This document shows, in pieces, positions 38,001 through 49,369 of a DNA stretch of 64,000 bases. Positions within the stretch are counted from its first letter, which is position 1. Every line of letters begins with the position of its first letter. A program made the translations under genes and the position numbers. The notes under the pieces are model-generated. The model did not search any database. It saw only the letters and a list, made by a program, of their open reading frames with translations, and was not told the origin of the DNA. Source of the stretch: Antedon mediterranea (lineage: Eukaryota > Animalia > Echinodermata); assembly GCF_964355755.1 (NCBI RefSeq), contig NC_092675.1, forward strand, positions 7,435,812-7,499,811. Reading direction: 5' to 3'.

Positions 38001-41000
38001 TCAATTCAGATCTATAAAATTAAAAACGTCAGGAGACAAAATTTGTCCTCATCCAAGAAGACTTAATGTTCTATTACTAAGATAAGATAACCTTTATTGA
38101 TCCTCAAAAAGGAAATTCATTGCTCGTCATAATAAAAAACAAAGAAAACACAATAAATACAAATATAGCATATAATCATTCATATAAAAACATCTATAAA
38201 AAAATACAAAATAATAGGCGAGTCTTGAACCTGTGCCGATGTTATGGTTCCTGAACTGCTTAGCCATTTGACTCAACAAAATGTCATAATTTCTCACACA
38301 AATCTGTTCAATGTTAATTGTTAAATTGAAACTAGCAAGCTGTTGTTACTTATTTTTAACCAGGGCCATGACACAACCGCTGCAGCTTCAAACTGGGCTG
38401 TGTATTTGCTAGGCAGGAATCCAAATGCACAGAAACGTCTGCAAGAGGAATTGGATCAAGTATTTGGTAAGTAGTGAAGGGATTTTATTTATTGATTTAT
38501 TATTTATTTCCTCTTTATACTAGGTGATCTTTGGCAATTACTTTTCTCCCAGAATGCCCAGTTATGGCTGTGTGTAACAGTGGCTGTGTGGGTACTAGTA
38601 CACCGGGGTAATCCCCTACTCGTCTTGAAAAATGTACTAGGTTCTTTAAAGTGCACATGAGCATTATGTGTACACTGGACCTACGGTTTGTATTTCTTAT
38701 CCGAGAAGACTTTGTTCTACCACCAGAACAATGGAGAGAGTTAGCCTCGACCTCTTGCCGATATTATATTATTATTGCCAATTCCACTGCTCCGTCACAT
38801 TATGAAGCACAACTGTTAATAACTGTATACTTTATGTGTGACAATGGCTAAATGATAGACTTGAAGAGAAAGGATTTTGCTTATTACATTTAATGTCACC
38901 ATCATCCTCAAACAGATTTTTTGTTGTGCCTTAATGCAAAGTGCAACTGTCAATAATATACTTTACGAACAATGATAGCTAAACGCAATAGTCATTCATT
39001 AATTGTACATCTGCTTGTTTGATAGGAGGAGATCGCAATCGACCAGTCACCACAGATGACTTTAAAGAACTCAAATATCTTGACTGTGTTATCAAAGAAA
39101 CACTTCGTATGTACCCTTCTGTTCCCATATTTGGACGTACTATAGAAGAATCTATATCAATTGGTAAGTTTTTCGGACCAATGTTAAAAAATACTTAATT
39201 TCTTTATATAATGATTAATTTGATGTCATACGGCTGTTTCTTTTTATTATTATTATTACTTTGGTTTTTTTTCCCCATTTATTCGATAGTGATTTATTGT
39301 CTCATTTATTTTATCTGTTTACTTAGTTAATTATATTAATTTAGTTTGCAAAGGGTCTTATATCTCAATTTTGAAATTCCGACTTATGTCTGATTTCTCT
39401 TGCATGTGCTACATATGGTCAATATTCTTTCAAAAACTCCTTTCTTGACAAACATATATTACAGAAGTAATGAAATAAAGTATAAAGAATAAGAATAAAT
39501 AATACAATTGTGGTTTTAAATAAATATTTTGAATTATTTCACATTTGAAAATTGACATTGACTATTTCCATAGTGTTTGTGATATTTCTAGGAGTACCAT
39601 TCAAAACTGATAGTAATATAATTATTGCTTATTATCTAAATACTGTGATTCTTCTTTCTAGGGGGGAAAACAGTTCCAGAAGGAACGCAAGCCATTATTC
39701 TCACCTACGGCTTGCATCGAGATGAACGCCATTTCCCAGAACCTGAAGAGTTCAGACCGGAGAGGTTCTTGCCGGAAAACTGTGTTGATAGACATCCATT
39801 TGCTTATGTGCCATTCTCTGCCGGACCAAGGAATTGCATAGGTACAATTGTGAGACTGTTAGTGAGCATTTTCTAAAGCTCTGTCTACACTATCAAATGA
39901 GTTTGACAAAAAAAGTGTCCAAATTATGGTAGTGATATGACATCATCATGTCCGTATATGGGCACATCACATTCTGTTGTCACATAAAGTTTGATAGTGT
40001 AAACAGAGCTTTAGACTGTCTTTGCTAACAAGTTTAAACATGCAGAAATTGTCACCAGAGAACTTGAATATCCTGGTATCTAGACCAAATGCCCCAGATA
40101 AAATGTTTGTGCTAAGAGAAAGTAGCGTGATTGGCGAACAATGTTAATAAATAAATTAGAATAAAAGTAAGAATATGTAAGGTCACTACACAGTCCTAAA
40201 AATTTGGTGCGTGCGTACCCTTAACATTTTCTAGTCAACTCCATCCTCTAATGGTCCGGCTAAACAAAATGGATAGCCATTAAAATTTAAGTAATGATGA
40301 ATGGCAGAGTTATCTGAAGACATTACATCATCAAAAACACACCCTAATTGTATTTATTGTTGCATCTTAATATAGTCTGTTTTTAGTATCCCATACTGTA
40401 CAGTATGTTTCCAATTAATCCTGTGTTGAGAGCGAGCTGTCCCTTAGCGATGACATGACAATGACAACTTCTTTTATTTTCTTTGTAAATAAAGTAGATA
40501 AATAAACTACAAAATTAACATTTATAATTAAAAAATTGATTTAACCAAAGAAAAGAGGAAAATTCTTGCTTATAAATAAAAAAAAACCCCATTTAAATAT
40601 AAAATTCATTAATAAATGTAAATCAGCTCAAAATAATAATTTTATAGAAGTTTTCCAATAAAATACTACATTTAAACTAAGCAAACAATTTAGTTTTTAT
40701 TTTTGATTTATAAAAGAATGGGTTTACAAATTACTTTCTGAAATCAAATGCGTATATATTTACATAACTTTTTAAAAGTAATTTTTCTTGAACAAATTGT
40801 GATCATTTTAATCGCTTGAGGTATTTTATTAGGATACCTGCCAGAATAGTTTTATAAATGTCAAATTATGCTTATTCTTTGTCATATGTGTTTTACTATC
40901 TTTCAGGTCAACGTTTTGCAGTCTTTGAGGAGAAAGTAATCCTTGCACACATATTCCGAAGGTTCAATGTTGAATCCGTTCAAGAGTTTGACGACCTCAA

Positions 41001-41067
41001 GATACATGGAGAAATTATTCTACGTCCATCTGCTGGAATAGTTGTAAAGTTAACAAAAAGGAAGTAA
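26040..41067 (+). CDS. Cytochrome P450 family 4 (CYP4V-like), copy 2; 11 exons, 512 aa
   Basis: Exons 26040-26208, 29283-29395, 34803-34888, 35542-35732, 36311-36380, 36700-36826, 37499-37699, 38364-38466, 39026-39163, 39662-39841 and 40907-41067 (1539 nt, no internal stop). Same intron positions and motifs as copy 1 ([26 protein letters not shown]). Confidence 0.95.
27430..27838 (+). mobile_element. CR1/L2-group (Crack/Daphne-like) LINE 3' end
   Basis: [37 protein letters not shown] remnant, then gagggccctgaatgatcag...ggataggctaccctcag and an (AATA)n tail. Confidence 0.7.
30178..30434. repeat. Two-copy tandem duplication of ~125-130 bp
   Basis: ttcaact.aaccatcaa..cacacagtgtgttatttcatttaaaatagtgttttacacaatc...tccctgtcctcctt x2. 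Confidence 0.9.
31648..31773. repeat. gatctgagttttcta subrepeats ending in gacaccc; probably one end of a MULE/foldback element
   Basis: Four copies of tctgagttttctag plus the inverted ctagaaaagtcagat. Confidence 0.5.
32503..32572 (-). mobile_element. tRNA-derived pseudo-gene/SINE head within a dispersed repeat (related copy at ~62430-62600)
   Basis: The minus strand reads cccagtggtctaatggttaggacatctgc...ggttccgggttcgaatcttggg (A and B boxes). The flank aattctaaa.c.cc.ggtgata..ctgaaa.ttta.ttaattaatt is shared with ~62452. Confidence 0.55.
33045..33976. mobile_element. Non-autonomous PIF/Harbinger element
   Basis: ~38-bp TIR CGCCC(G/A)TATTCTTAAACCGGACTTTAGTCGTAGTTCGA, with TSD TAA on both sides. 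Confidence 0.88.
34036..34564. mobile_element. Kolobok-type family A copy
   Basis: TTAA|AGATGTATTGTCCC...GGGACAATGCATCT|TTAA; colinear (inverted) with 3799-4344. Confidence 0.88.
35175..35463 (-). mobile_element. tRNA-derived SINE with a Meta-domain-like core (other copies ~38520-38765 minus, ~60268-60490 plus)
   Basis: The minus strand begins gagtggccgagcggttaag (A box)...ggttcgaggctc (B box), then cggataaggactataaaccgtgggtcc...gtgcactttaaagaacc. There are three alignable copies. Confidence 0.8.
35902..36104. mobile_element. Harbinger-like MITE
   Basis: Imperfect TIR gcgcatattcatgaaaaggagac / gtcccctttcataaatataggcc. Confidence 0.5.
36894..37071. mobile_element. hAT-like MITE inserted into the monomer of the intron-6 satellite in CYP copy 2
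   Basis: TSD cttggctg/cttggctt (7 of 8 match); ends CAATGGCGTAAC...GTTA(CAGTA)CATCACTG. Confidence 0.7.
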
Positions 41068-41540
41068 TCGTGCTGTACTGCTTTTTCTGTTAACGAAATT
41101 TATACAGCACAGAAAAATTAAACAAATCAAATCTATCAGTATAGTATAAGTACTAGTAAATAATTAATGTAAACAAACATTAACATTTTGCCCTCTTTCC
41201 AGGGGTTGGATATTTCCGCCGTTTCAGTAGGCGTGTTCGACTAGACTGTTTTGTATGAATGTTTTGTATGAAACTATGAAATATGTACAATTATATTTTA
41301 GTAAAATTCTACAGTTAATTAAAAATGTCAATTTCAATTATTTTTGTTTGCAAAGGTAACTATTAAAAATGCAATATAGTGCAGCTTAACTTGATAATCT
41401 AAATTTAATCATATTTTGTATAAAAAAAATTAAATTATTTATAATTGTTTTTATTGATATTAATATATATGTTTATAAAGTTTATTACTGACAGGTTTAA
41501 GAAGGAAGAATCAACTCAATTAGCAGCTGTGTTTATTTAA

Positions 41541-41680
41541 AGATGTATTGTCCCCCTGAAAAAATAATTCTTTAAACATTTTTGTTGAATATGCCATTTT
41601 AATGTCACCTCATAGTTATCCACTTTGAGCAAAAATTTGATCGGGAAAAAAAATGCATTTACCTAAAAAACTGTAATTTA
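41541..41680. mobile_element. Truncated Kolobok-type family B end
   Basis: TTAA|AGATGTATTGTCCCCCTGAAAAAATAAT matches the reverse complement of the 5002 end. Confidence 0.7.
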
Positions 41681-42103
41681 CCGTACAGAGAAATAATATA
41701 TACTTTTGTTGTCTATGTGTACACTAAAGATATCAATATTTTATATTTCAGTTGAATATTCTGAAAATTGTGATCTTTCTATAGAAATAATTTTCTGGAA
41801 TATAAGTCTATTGCTGAATGCATTTGATTTTGAATTATAAACGGTTAAATTGTATTTGAACAAATCGAGGCAATAAATTATTTTTAAATTGCATTTTGTT
41901 GTTTTACTTTGGTGTAATATTCATTCTTAACCCGGATTTAAGTTTGTTGGGCCTATTGTACGTTTTTTCTGGAGAAAATGCTTATTTGTTTGAAATTACC
42001 ATAGAGATATATCACTATGAAATAGCGGATCTCAATCGACTTAACTTTTTTATGATGGTGCTAGAAATGTAGATAGCCCCCTCTATTAAGTTACTTTGTT
42101 TGG

Positions 42104-42160
42104 GTTGCTATAGCTACAAGTTCCGGAAGTACAATATAGTGTATTGCCTAATGGTAAACA
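42104..42160 (+). promoter_or_regulatory. Candidate ciliary promoter: X-box-like site, ETS site and forkhead site
   Basis: GTTGCTATAGCTAC at 42104-42117 (near RFX consensus), CCGGAAGT at 42123-42130 and GTAAACA at 42154-42160; 70-130 nt upstream of ATG 42233. Confidence 0.55.
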
Positions 42161-42232
42161 AAAATCAAAGTGACAGAATATTATTAAAGTACACGAACTT
42201 AATCGACGACCTAGGCTATATTTCCTATCAAA

Positions 42233-44890
42233 ATGAGTGAACTTGCATCGCACTGGGAAGCACTAAGAAAACAACGTGTAATTGATAGAAAACATGCTGC
42301 GTTGAAACGAATGAAAGAAGAAAAGGTGAGTTTATAGAGAGAGGCATAGCCTACTCTGTTGTTGTAGAGGTGAGGACTAAGCGGTGTCTTCATACATGAC
42401 TTCATACTCTGTATAGTGTTATATCCTACATGTATGTATTATTACATAGGCCTACAGCCTGCTGGTCTATTTATACTTTTATGCGCGGGTAAGCACACAC
42501 AAGTGTGATGATGATAATGTGTTCCGGGCCTGCACGACGAATGTTTATGAAACACGAAAACTATATCATAAATATAATGTTTGTATTTTTTATTCGTGTG
42601 TGTTTTTTTAGGAAAGACAAGAAAGAGAATTTGCCGAAGAAGAATACAGAAGAGCATGTATTTTAAGAGAACAAGAAGATCAAAGAAAACAGGAACTTTC
42701 AAATCAAATAAAATCCGGATCAAAAACAGCTATAAAGAAATCATACAGAGACAGAGAAAGGTTCGTTAAAAATTAAATATCTAAACTAGGCAAAATAAAA
42801 AAAATATATATATAATTTTATTTATAACTTGTGAATTTAAAGCAGATCATGTACACGAAAGTGATCGATACAGGATGTAGAGCCAAATAGAAATAAATGA
42901 TAAAGACGCTTATAAATTACCAATTGAACTTAATCTTCAGCAGGTGCTTGGCTCTGACTGAGAGTCAAGCACCTGAAGATTGAGTTCATACTCATGAAAC
43001 AGCCTGCAGTGCAATAAAATTTTAAATTGGTAATTTACAAGCGTCTTTATCATTCATTTCTATAATTTTAATTAGGTTTCCCCCCCCCCCCCCCCCACCT
43101 CCTCTGGTCCCCTCTGGTTTAGTATAACGCAGTGACTCAAACCACATGTGGAGATACTACGAAGATATACAATTTAATACAATAGAAATAACAAAAAGCG
43201 ATTGTAGTGTAAGCATAAATTGCACTCTGTTTAAAGAATGAATGATTAACATGTCACGTCTTTTCACACATTCATTGTGTTAGGAAATATGACAATGGAA
43301 TCCGTCACTACAAACAAGGGTATCGGTCACTGAAAATACAGCTTTAGGACGTTGAAAAGTCAGGCTAGGATCAAGCTAGGATCGTAAAGAAACAAGACAA
43401 AAAAAACTGAGCATCTGTCTAGAAACAGATAATAAAACTTGACTCTAGTTTTGTTGAAGTTCGATTTAATGAAAATTGTAGTTTTTTGCTGTGAAACAGT
43501 TTAATAAACTTTTGTGTTAAAATGTACAGTATTTTATTAAACGAAATAAACTGAATATGATGACTGTATTTTGTTATTACTGAGATTAGTAAGAATATAA
43601 ATGAACCATCGCATCAGTATCTCTATTAAAATGAAACAAGTATACCATTTTCAACGTATCCGGATATTCACCCCCTGGACATTTACCCCCCAAAAAAATA
43701 ACCCCCGGAAAATTACCCCCCCGGACAACCACCACCTGGACAACTACCCCCTTAGGACAACTACCCCCTTAGGACAACTACCCCTTTAGGACAACCACTC
43801 CCCGGACAATTACCCCCTAGGAACAATTAACCCCCGGACAATTACCCCCCCCCCCCCCCGGGTAATTACCCCGCGGACAACTACCTCTGAGACAATACTC
43901 CCCGTAGGACTCCTGGACCTGGACAATACTCCGAGGGCAAATAATCTTTTAGGACAACTACCTCCGTAGGACAACTAACCCCTGGACAACTACCACCCAG
44001 ACAACTATCCCTTTAGAACAACTATCCCCCGGACGGACAACTACCACCCAGACGATTCAACAACCTGACTCTGCAACAGTGTATAATAGGAATTAATAAC
44101 TATATTTTAATTCGTTACTTTGACGAATTACTATTCATTATTGTAAACAAAAGTAAAAGATTGAACATAAAATATAGCCTGGTGTCAGGTCTCTGGTCTC
44201 TGGTCTAGTCTCTAGTTTCGAAACACCCGTTAAAAACAGATGATTTCATCATTTTTACAGAAACCGGTCCTATATATTTGTCTACTTTTGGATTGGAGGG
44301 GGGGGGGGGTAGTTGACCGGGTGGTAGTTGACCGGGGGGTAGTTGACCGGGGGTAGTTACCCGGGAGGTAGTTACCCGGGGGGTAGTTATCCTAAGGGGG
44401 TAGTTGTCCTAAGGGGGTAGTTGTCCGGGTGATAGTTGTCCGGGTGGTTGTTATCCTAAGGGGGTAGTTGTCCTAAGGGGGTAGTTGTCCGGGGAGTAGT
44501 TGTCCGGGGGTAGTTGTCCTAAGGGGGTAGTTGTCCGGGTGGTAAACATCCGGGGGTGACTGTGTCTAGGGGGTAGGTGTCCTAGAACCCATTTTCAAAA
44601 TAGAACCGCAATAAGTTCGTCGAATACGGATTTTCATAAAAGAATTTAATGAATTTTATGTGTAGCGCCCTCTATTTACAAACTTTTTTGACAACTTTTT
44701 TAGAACAATACAACGGCTTCAGGAGGAACGAGAATGGCACGACGAGATGATAAGACACATGGACAAGAAAGAAAGACAAGATATTTATACAGATATGATG
44801 AGAGATCATAAACATAAGTCTAAGGTGCTACGTGATCACGGAATCTATAGAGGCGATCCTAAGTTTTTTATTGACCCTCAATATGCCTAA
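42233..44890 (+). CDS. Small charged coiled-coil protein, 3 exons, 142 aa (uncharacterised)
   Basis: Exons 42233-42325 (AAG|gtgag), 42612-42760 (tttttag|...AG|gttcg) and 44704-44890 (tttttag|...TAA) join in frame to give MSELASHWEALRKQRVIDRKHAALKRMKEEKERQEREFAEEEYRRACILREQEDQRKQELSNQIKSGSKTAIKKSYRDRERTIQRLQEEREWHDEMIRHMDKKERQDIYTDMMRDHKHKSKVLRDHGIYRGDPKFFIDPQYA*. Confidence 0.78.
42887..43063. mobile_element. Penelope-like inverted terminal relic containing a minimal hammerhead motif (42969-43012)
   Basis: 39-bp outer inverted repeats and an inner hairpin. The motif reads gcac-CTGAAGA-ttgag(ttcata)ctcat-GAAA-cagcctg-CA-gtgc-aataaa. Confidence 0.6.
43655..44589. mobile_element. Foldback/MULE-type element with long tandem-repeat arms
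   Basis: The left arm is (ggacaactaccccc)n and the right arm its complement (gggggtagttgtcc)n, around an AT-rich loop. The 9-bp TSD is CATTTTCAA (43646-43654 and 44590-44598). Confidence 0.88.
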
Positions 44891-46398
44891 AACTGCCAGT
44901 GATAAGAAAAACACGAAGAGAGCTAGCTAAACATGTTTTGTAAAGACACGCCAACTAAGTAGTCTTTCCCACACTCGATCCTACGTAGTAGAGGTTTAGG
45001 GAAGGCCAACCGCACGGGACATTTTTTTTGTTTTGAATGATCTGACTAATTATTTTTAAAACAATGCAAATATTCATAGGCTAAATAAATGAGTAAGCAT
45101 ACGTTTTTATGTGTGAATTGAATTATTAATCTTTTTTTAATGTATTATCAAAAAGTGTGTCGAATTTAGGGTGTTTCGTCGGTGGGGTGGGGGGGGGGGG
45201 AACATATTTATTAATAACATTTAAACCTAACTTTATAACTTTAAACTTTATACTTTATGTTTAACATTCCGCACACCCAATTGTAAATAAAAAACGCAAA
45301 GGTACTGTAAAAGTGTAGTAGCATTGTTTTCTTTTGGTTTTTTTTTGAGATAAATAATATATATTATTATATAATAACAATATAATTATATCATTAAAAA
45401 CATGTGTATTTGTTCGGCGCGGCAGAGAAGAGTTGCCGATGCTTACAATACCAATGATAATCAACAGCTTGGAATTTCAGTTTAATTAAGTTATTTTATA
45501 ATATTGTTTTTTGATGTTATCTTGTTTTATATGTATTTTCTTGTTTTTCCATTACTGCGTCCAACTTAATCATTATATTAGGCATACTAGGCCCAACCAC
45601 TCACTTTTTCAGTTAATTACGGATTGGATCCCATTGGAAATAAGTTTACTTTTTATTTGTCGACTTAATGTGTTATCCTGGTATATTCTTTGTACATTGT
45701 ATATTTTAACCATTTTATGAATATCGAATAAAATCAATCAAGGCCTGTTGATTACTAAAGATCTGAAAATGTCAAAATACGTCAAGAGTTTTATTATTCT
45801 CTTAGCTTTGAACATGGAAATATAAAAATAAATGATTTATAACTCCATGCTTTGAACACAATTTTATGGATCAAGCAAAAAGCGACACTCATGCTGTATA
45901 ACAATACTGTTAGGAATCCTTGTGCCAATGTTTTACTAAATATTTATGTTTTTAACGATATTGAAAGAGCGCCGTCGGGTTGATTTATTTTAGCCTAGTC
46001 CGATTAGGCCTAATTTCCCTAAAGAATGCAATGGAGCTATGTAAGACCAGGGAAGAGTGAAATTCAATTTATTTTTACTCTTCCCTGAGACTATGTTTAC
46101 CATTAAAATTTGCGTTAACAGTTTAAAGACAAATGATATTAGAATAAACCCGGAATGTTACACTTGTAGTTTGTAGGCTACTTCAGTCACCAATTGGAAC
46201 AGTTGTGTAATGAATTTCGAGTAGGCCTATTCTCGGTTAAATACGAAATGAAACGTCCCTAAAATTTAGTAAAAACACAATGTATTATTACATAGTACAA
46301 TACGTATAATAAATATCTGTCGGCTTTATTGATGTTTGCAATGAATAGTTTGAAAGAAAAATCCAAATCATTTATCAGTAGACTACTATAAATAATAC

Positions 46399-46604
46399 CA
46401 ATCAGCATGCAACACGCGCCAATTCACAACATCACACATTGATTACTGTTGCCCAGGCAACACACGAAAAGAGCTTGGCTGAATATGCGTCCGTGACCTC
46501 GGAATCCGATGGTGATGACCTGAATGTGTGTATCGTCGTCGTGTGTGTTGGTGGTGCAGCTAGTAGCCGTGGTGGGTACGAAAGTTTGTCTCAAGTTTTT
46601 ACTG
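46399..46604 (+). promoter_or_regulatory. Probable CDKL promoter and non-coding first exon: two CCAAT boxes, RFX X-box, donor at 46605
   Basis: CCAAT at 46399 and 46419; GTTGCCCAGGCAAC at 46448-46461; a CpG-richer segment ending actg|gtaaat. Confidence 0.6.
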
Positions 46605-47046
46605 GTAAATTCTTTTGCATTTATTTGTTTTCAGTATGTAAGTTGATTACTCTTTTGTTAAGAATCAGTTATATAAAGTATAAGCTTTTCTAGGCTATGC
46701 CAATTCTAATTGTTAAGTTCTGTTTATGTTAAGTTTGTTGTGATCGTCAGCTGGCTTTTTTGGGGTTCGCGATTTATAAGCAGTTTGCTGTCCAGGCAGG
46801 CAGTGTTTTTGTTGGGGGAGTGCATTGTCATTGAGCCTGCAGATTGAGCACTCCTTTCAAACACAACTCATGTTTTTTCAAGCTTTAAATGTTTTCATGT
46901 ATATTATTATGTATCTTTTCTTTTATCTTTGCACAACTCCATCATAGTTTGAAACTTTTTTTGATTTTTTTATATTCAATATAATATTTTTTTACTGTAA
47001 ACTGTATACCTAGCTACTAGTACCTAGCGGCTAGCCTATCACTTAA

Positions 47047-47509
47047 CAGCAGATCCGTTTCAAAAGGTGAGAGGAACAAATTAAAGATTGATTTCGCTAA
47101 TAAAAGATTGATTAGCGAAACAAGCAATTTTCAGCTGGGGGCAGGGGCCACCAACCAAGAGCAATTTTCGTTTCATTCACCAGTTCCAATTTCGGCGGGA
47201 ATGTCCCGCTTTTTTATATTGTGTCCAGTTCAATCCTGACCCACGTTTCAAATGTGTCACATTATTTATCAAAAAAACACATTTAATGACACTGGAGGAT
47301 TGAAAATAGCTCTTTGCCAGTAGACCAGGGTATGATATGTACTGTTACACACCTCTAGATGGCTGGAAATTGCACTCACAATCAACACTACAAAATACAT
47401 AACAAATTCACTGATTTTCCGGCAAAAATTAGGGGACCATCCTCCCTTAAAAAAAAAGTGGAGGGGATATTTCCTCTATCGACACCTTCCACCCCTAGGA
47501 TCTGCGCTG
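47047..47509. mobile_element. Degenerate hAT-like element
   Basis: Ends cagcagatcc...ggatctgcgctg; no clear TSD. Confidence 0.35.
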
Positions 47510-49369
47510 TTAATATCACCTTAAGCTTTCTGTGTTTTTGTTTTCTATCATGCATACCTACAGTAGGATGTCACACATAATATCAAAGTGTAAATTTATA
47601 CAAAAAGTAAACTCAATTACAGTATGAGGATGGGAGAAAAGCATAATTACTGTAATACTGTACATGGCATGTTGAAAATCAACCTAATCAAATATAGTAA
47701 CAACAATATACTTCAATATTCAAATTGTATTTCATTGCATTTTGTACGTTAAAGAATAAATACTGTACAGTACGTTAAATATTAATTTAAAAACTTAAAG
47801 CTGTCTACTGTATACTATCAACTCAAATGCGATGATGTGCCCATATAAAGACATGAGGATTTCATATCACTACCATATTTGGGCATATCACTACCATATT
47901 TGGGCACATTACACTTTTTTGATAGATAAGATAGACAGAGCTTTAACCATAAAATAACATCATTTATGATATTAACTACTTGCATGATAAGCAACAGTAT
48001 AAAAGTACACTTGCTAATTTAACAAAATTTTTTTTATGTGACAGGAAATCAGCTGAAAGAAATGAATCAATAATTCAGTCTTAAAGAATATATTGGATTT
48101 AATATTACAAAATTCAATCAATTCGACATCTTAAATTTTACTTCAACAAGAAAGAACACGAAGAACGGCTGTCAAGATACTTGATGTCTCAATTATGTAG
48201 ATCATTTCAGTTTCCAGTATTTTTTTCTTGAGCATTCTGACACTTTTTTTCTCTGAGTATTGACCGCAAATATGTGGGAAATAGAATGCCAAGGAATTTG
48301 GAGACTTGAATTCAGTTAGAATAGAAGATTGCAATTTGGTAGGTAAGAATTTGAATTATTTATAGAGAATTTCTTACTTGTTTCTTGGTTGAAATTGAAT
48401 TGTATTTTTTACTGTACAGTTGGATTAATGGTTGTTATAAACACAATTATACAGTACTAGTGTCATACAGTATGTGGTTGACCACAATGAAATGAGTTTT
48501 TTTTTGTGGCAACTATGTAACATAACTTGGAGCTGTGGTTTTCCATATAACTAGCTCTGAAGAAAATCTTGTAATGTAAAGTAACTTTAAAAAACAACAA
48601 AATCACAAAAAAGTATCCCAAAGTACATATTTTGCTTTCTATAGATTGGAATGTACTTTTATGATCATAGAATATTTTGCTCTCTCCTGGCCTCCTGGTT
48701 ACATTATATTAATAATTTATCAGCATTTGTTGTTTTTAGAAATAGGCCTACTGTATTTTGGAATATAAGCATAAGTGATATAATATAAGTTAATTACAGT
48801 ATAACATTTTCTGTCATAAATTTATAAAAATTTGTCTTGGCAATATTAAACTTTGTAAGAAAACAATTATAATTAAATTGTTAAGAGAACATTTGATCTG
48901 CAAATACTACTTAGGAAAATCTATCTTTGAAATATTTTTAAAATAAATTTTATTAAAAGTACAAAAAGGGGAATTTTTTTGTTATCATAATAAAAAGATA
49001 AGCATTATTGTCTAGCTTAAAGTTATTCTGTATAGAATTATAACAAAGATTATGTGGTTTACATAGTGAGATTGAAATTATGATTTTTCATTGGATTGTG
49101 TTTTGACTTTTATATTGTTGGATAAAGTAAAAAGATTCCAAAGATGGCATGTCATATTATTAGTACTGTACCTTTGGATGTTATTATCGCACTCTACTAT
49201 CAAAATGACAAGGAAGCAGCTGAAATTTGGCATAGAAATTGCCTGTGAAAACTGTTACAAGATCAGGAATGAAAAAACTGTTAGGTCATTCAGAAAGGAT
49301 GTTTAAAAAAAATGAAGTTGCCAGACACATTTTTAGTTTGTTTCCTTAAGCTCTGTCTACACTATCAAA

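Noticed and set aside
42581-42769. Protamine-like basic ORF in the ORF track
   Set aside because: It is an alternative frame of exon 2 of the small coiled-coil gene; splice phases support the E/K/R frame.
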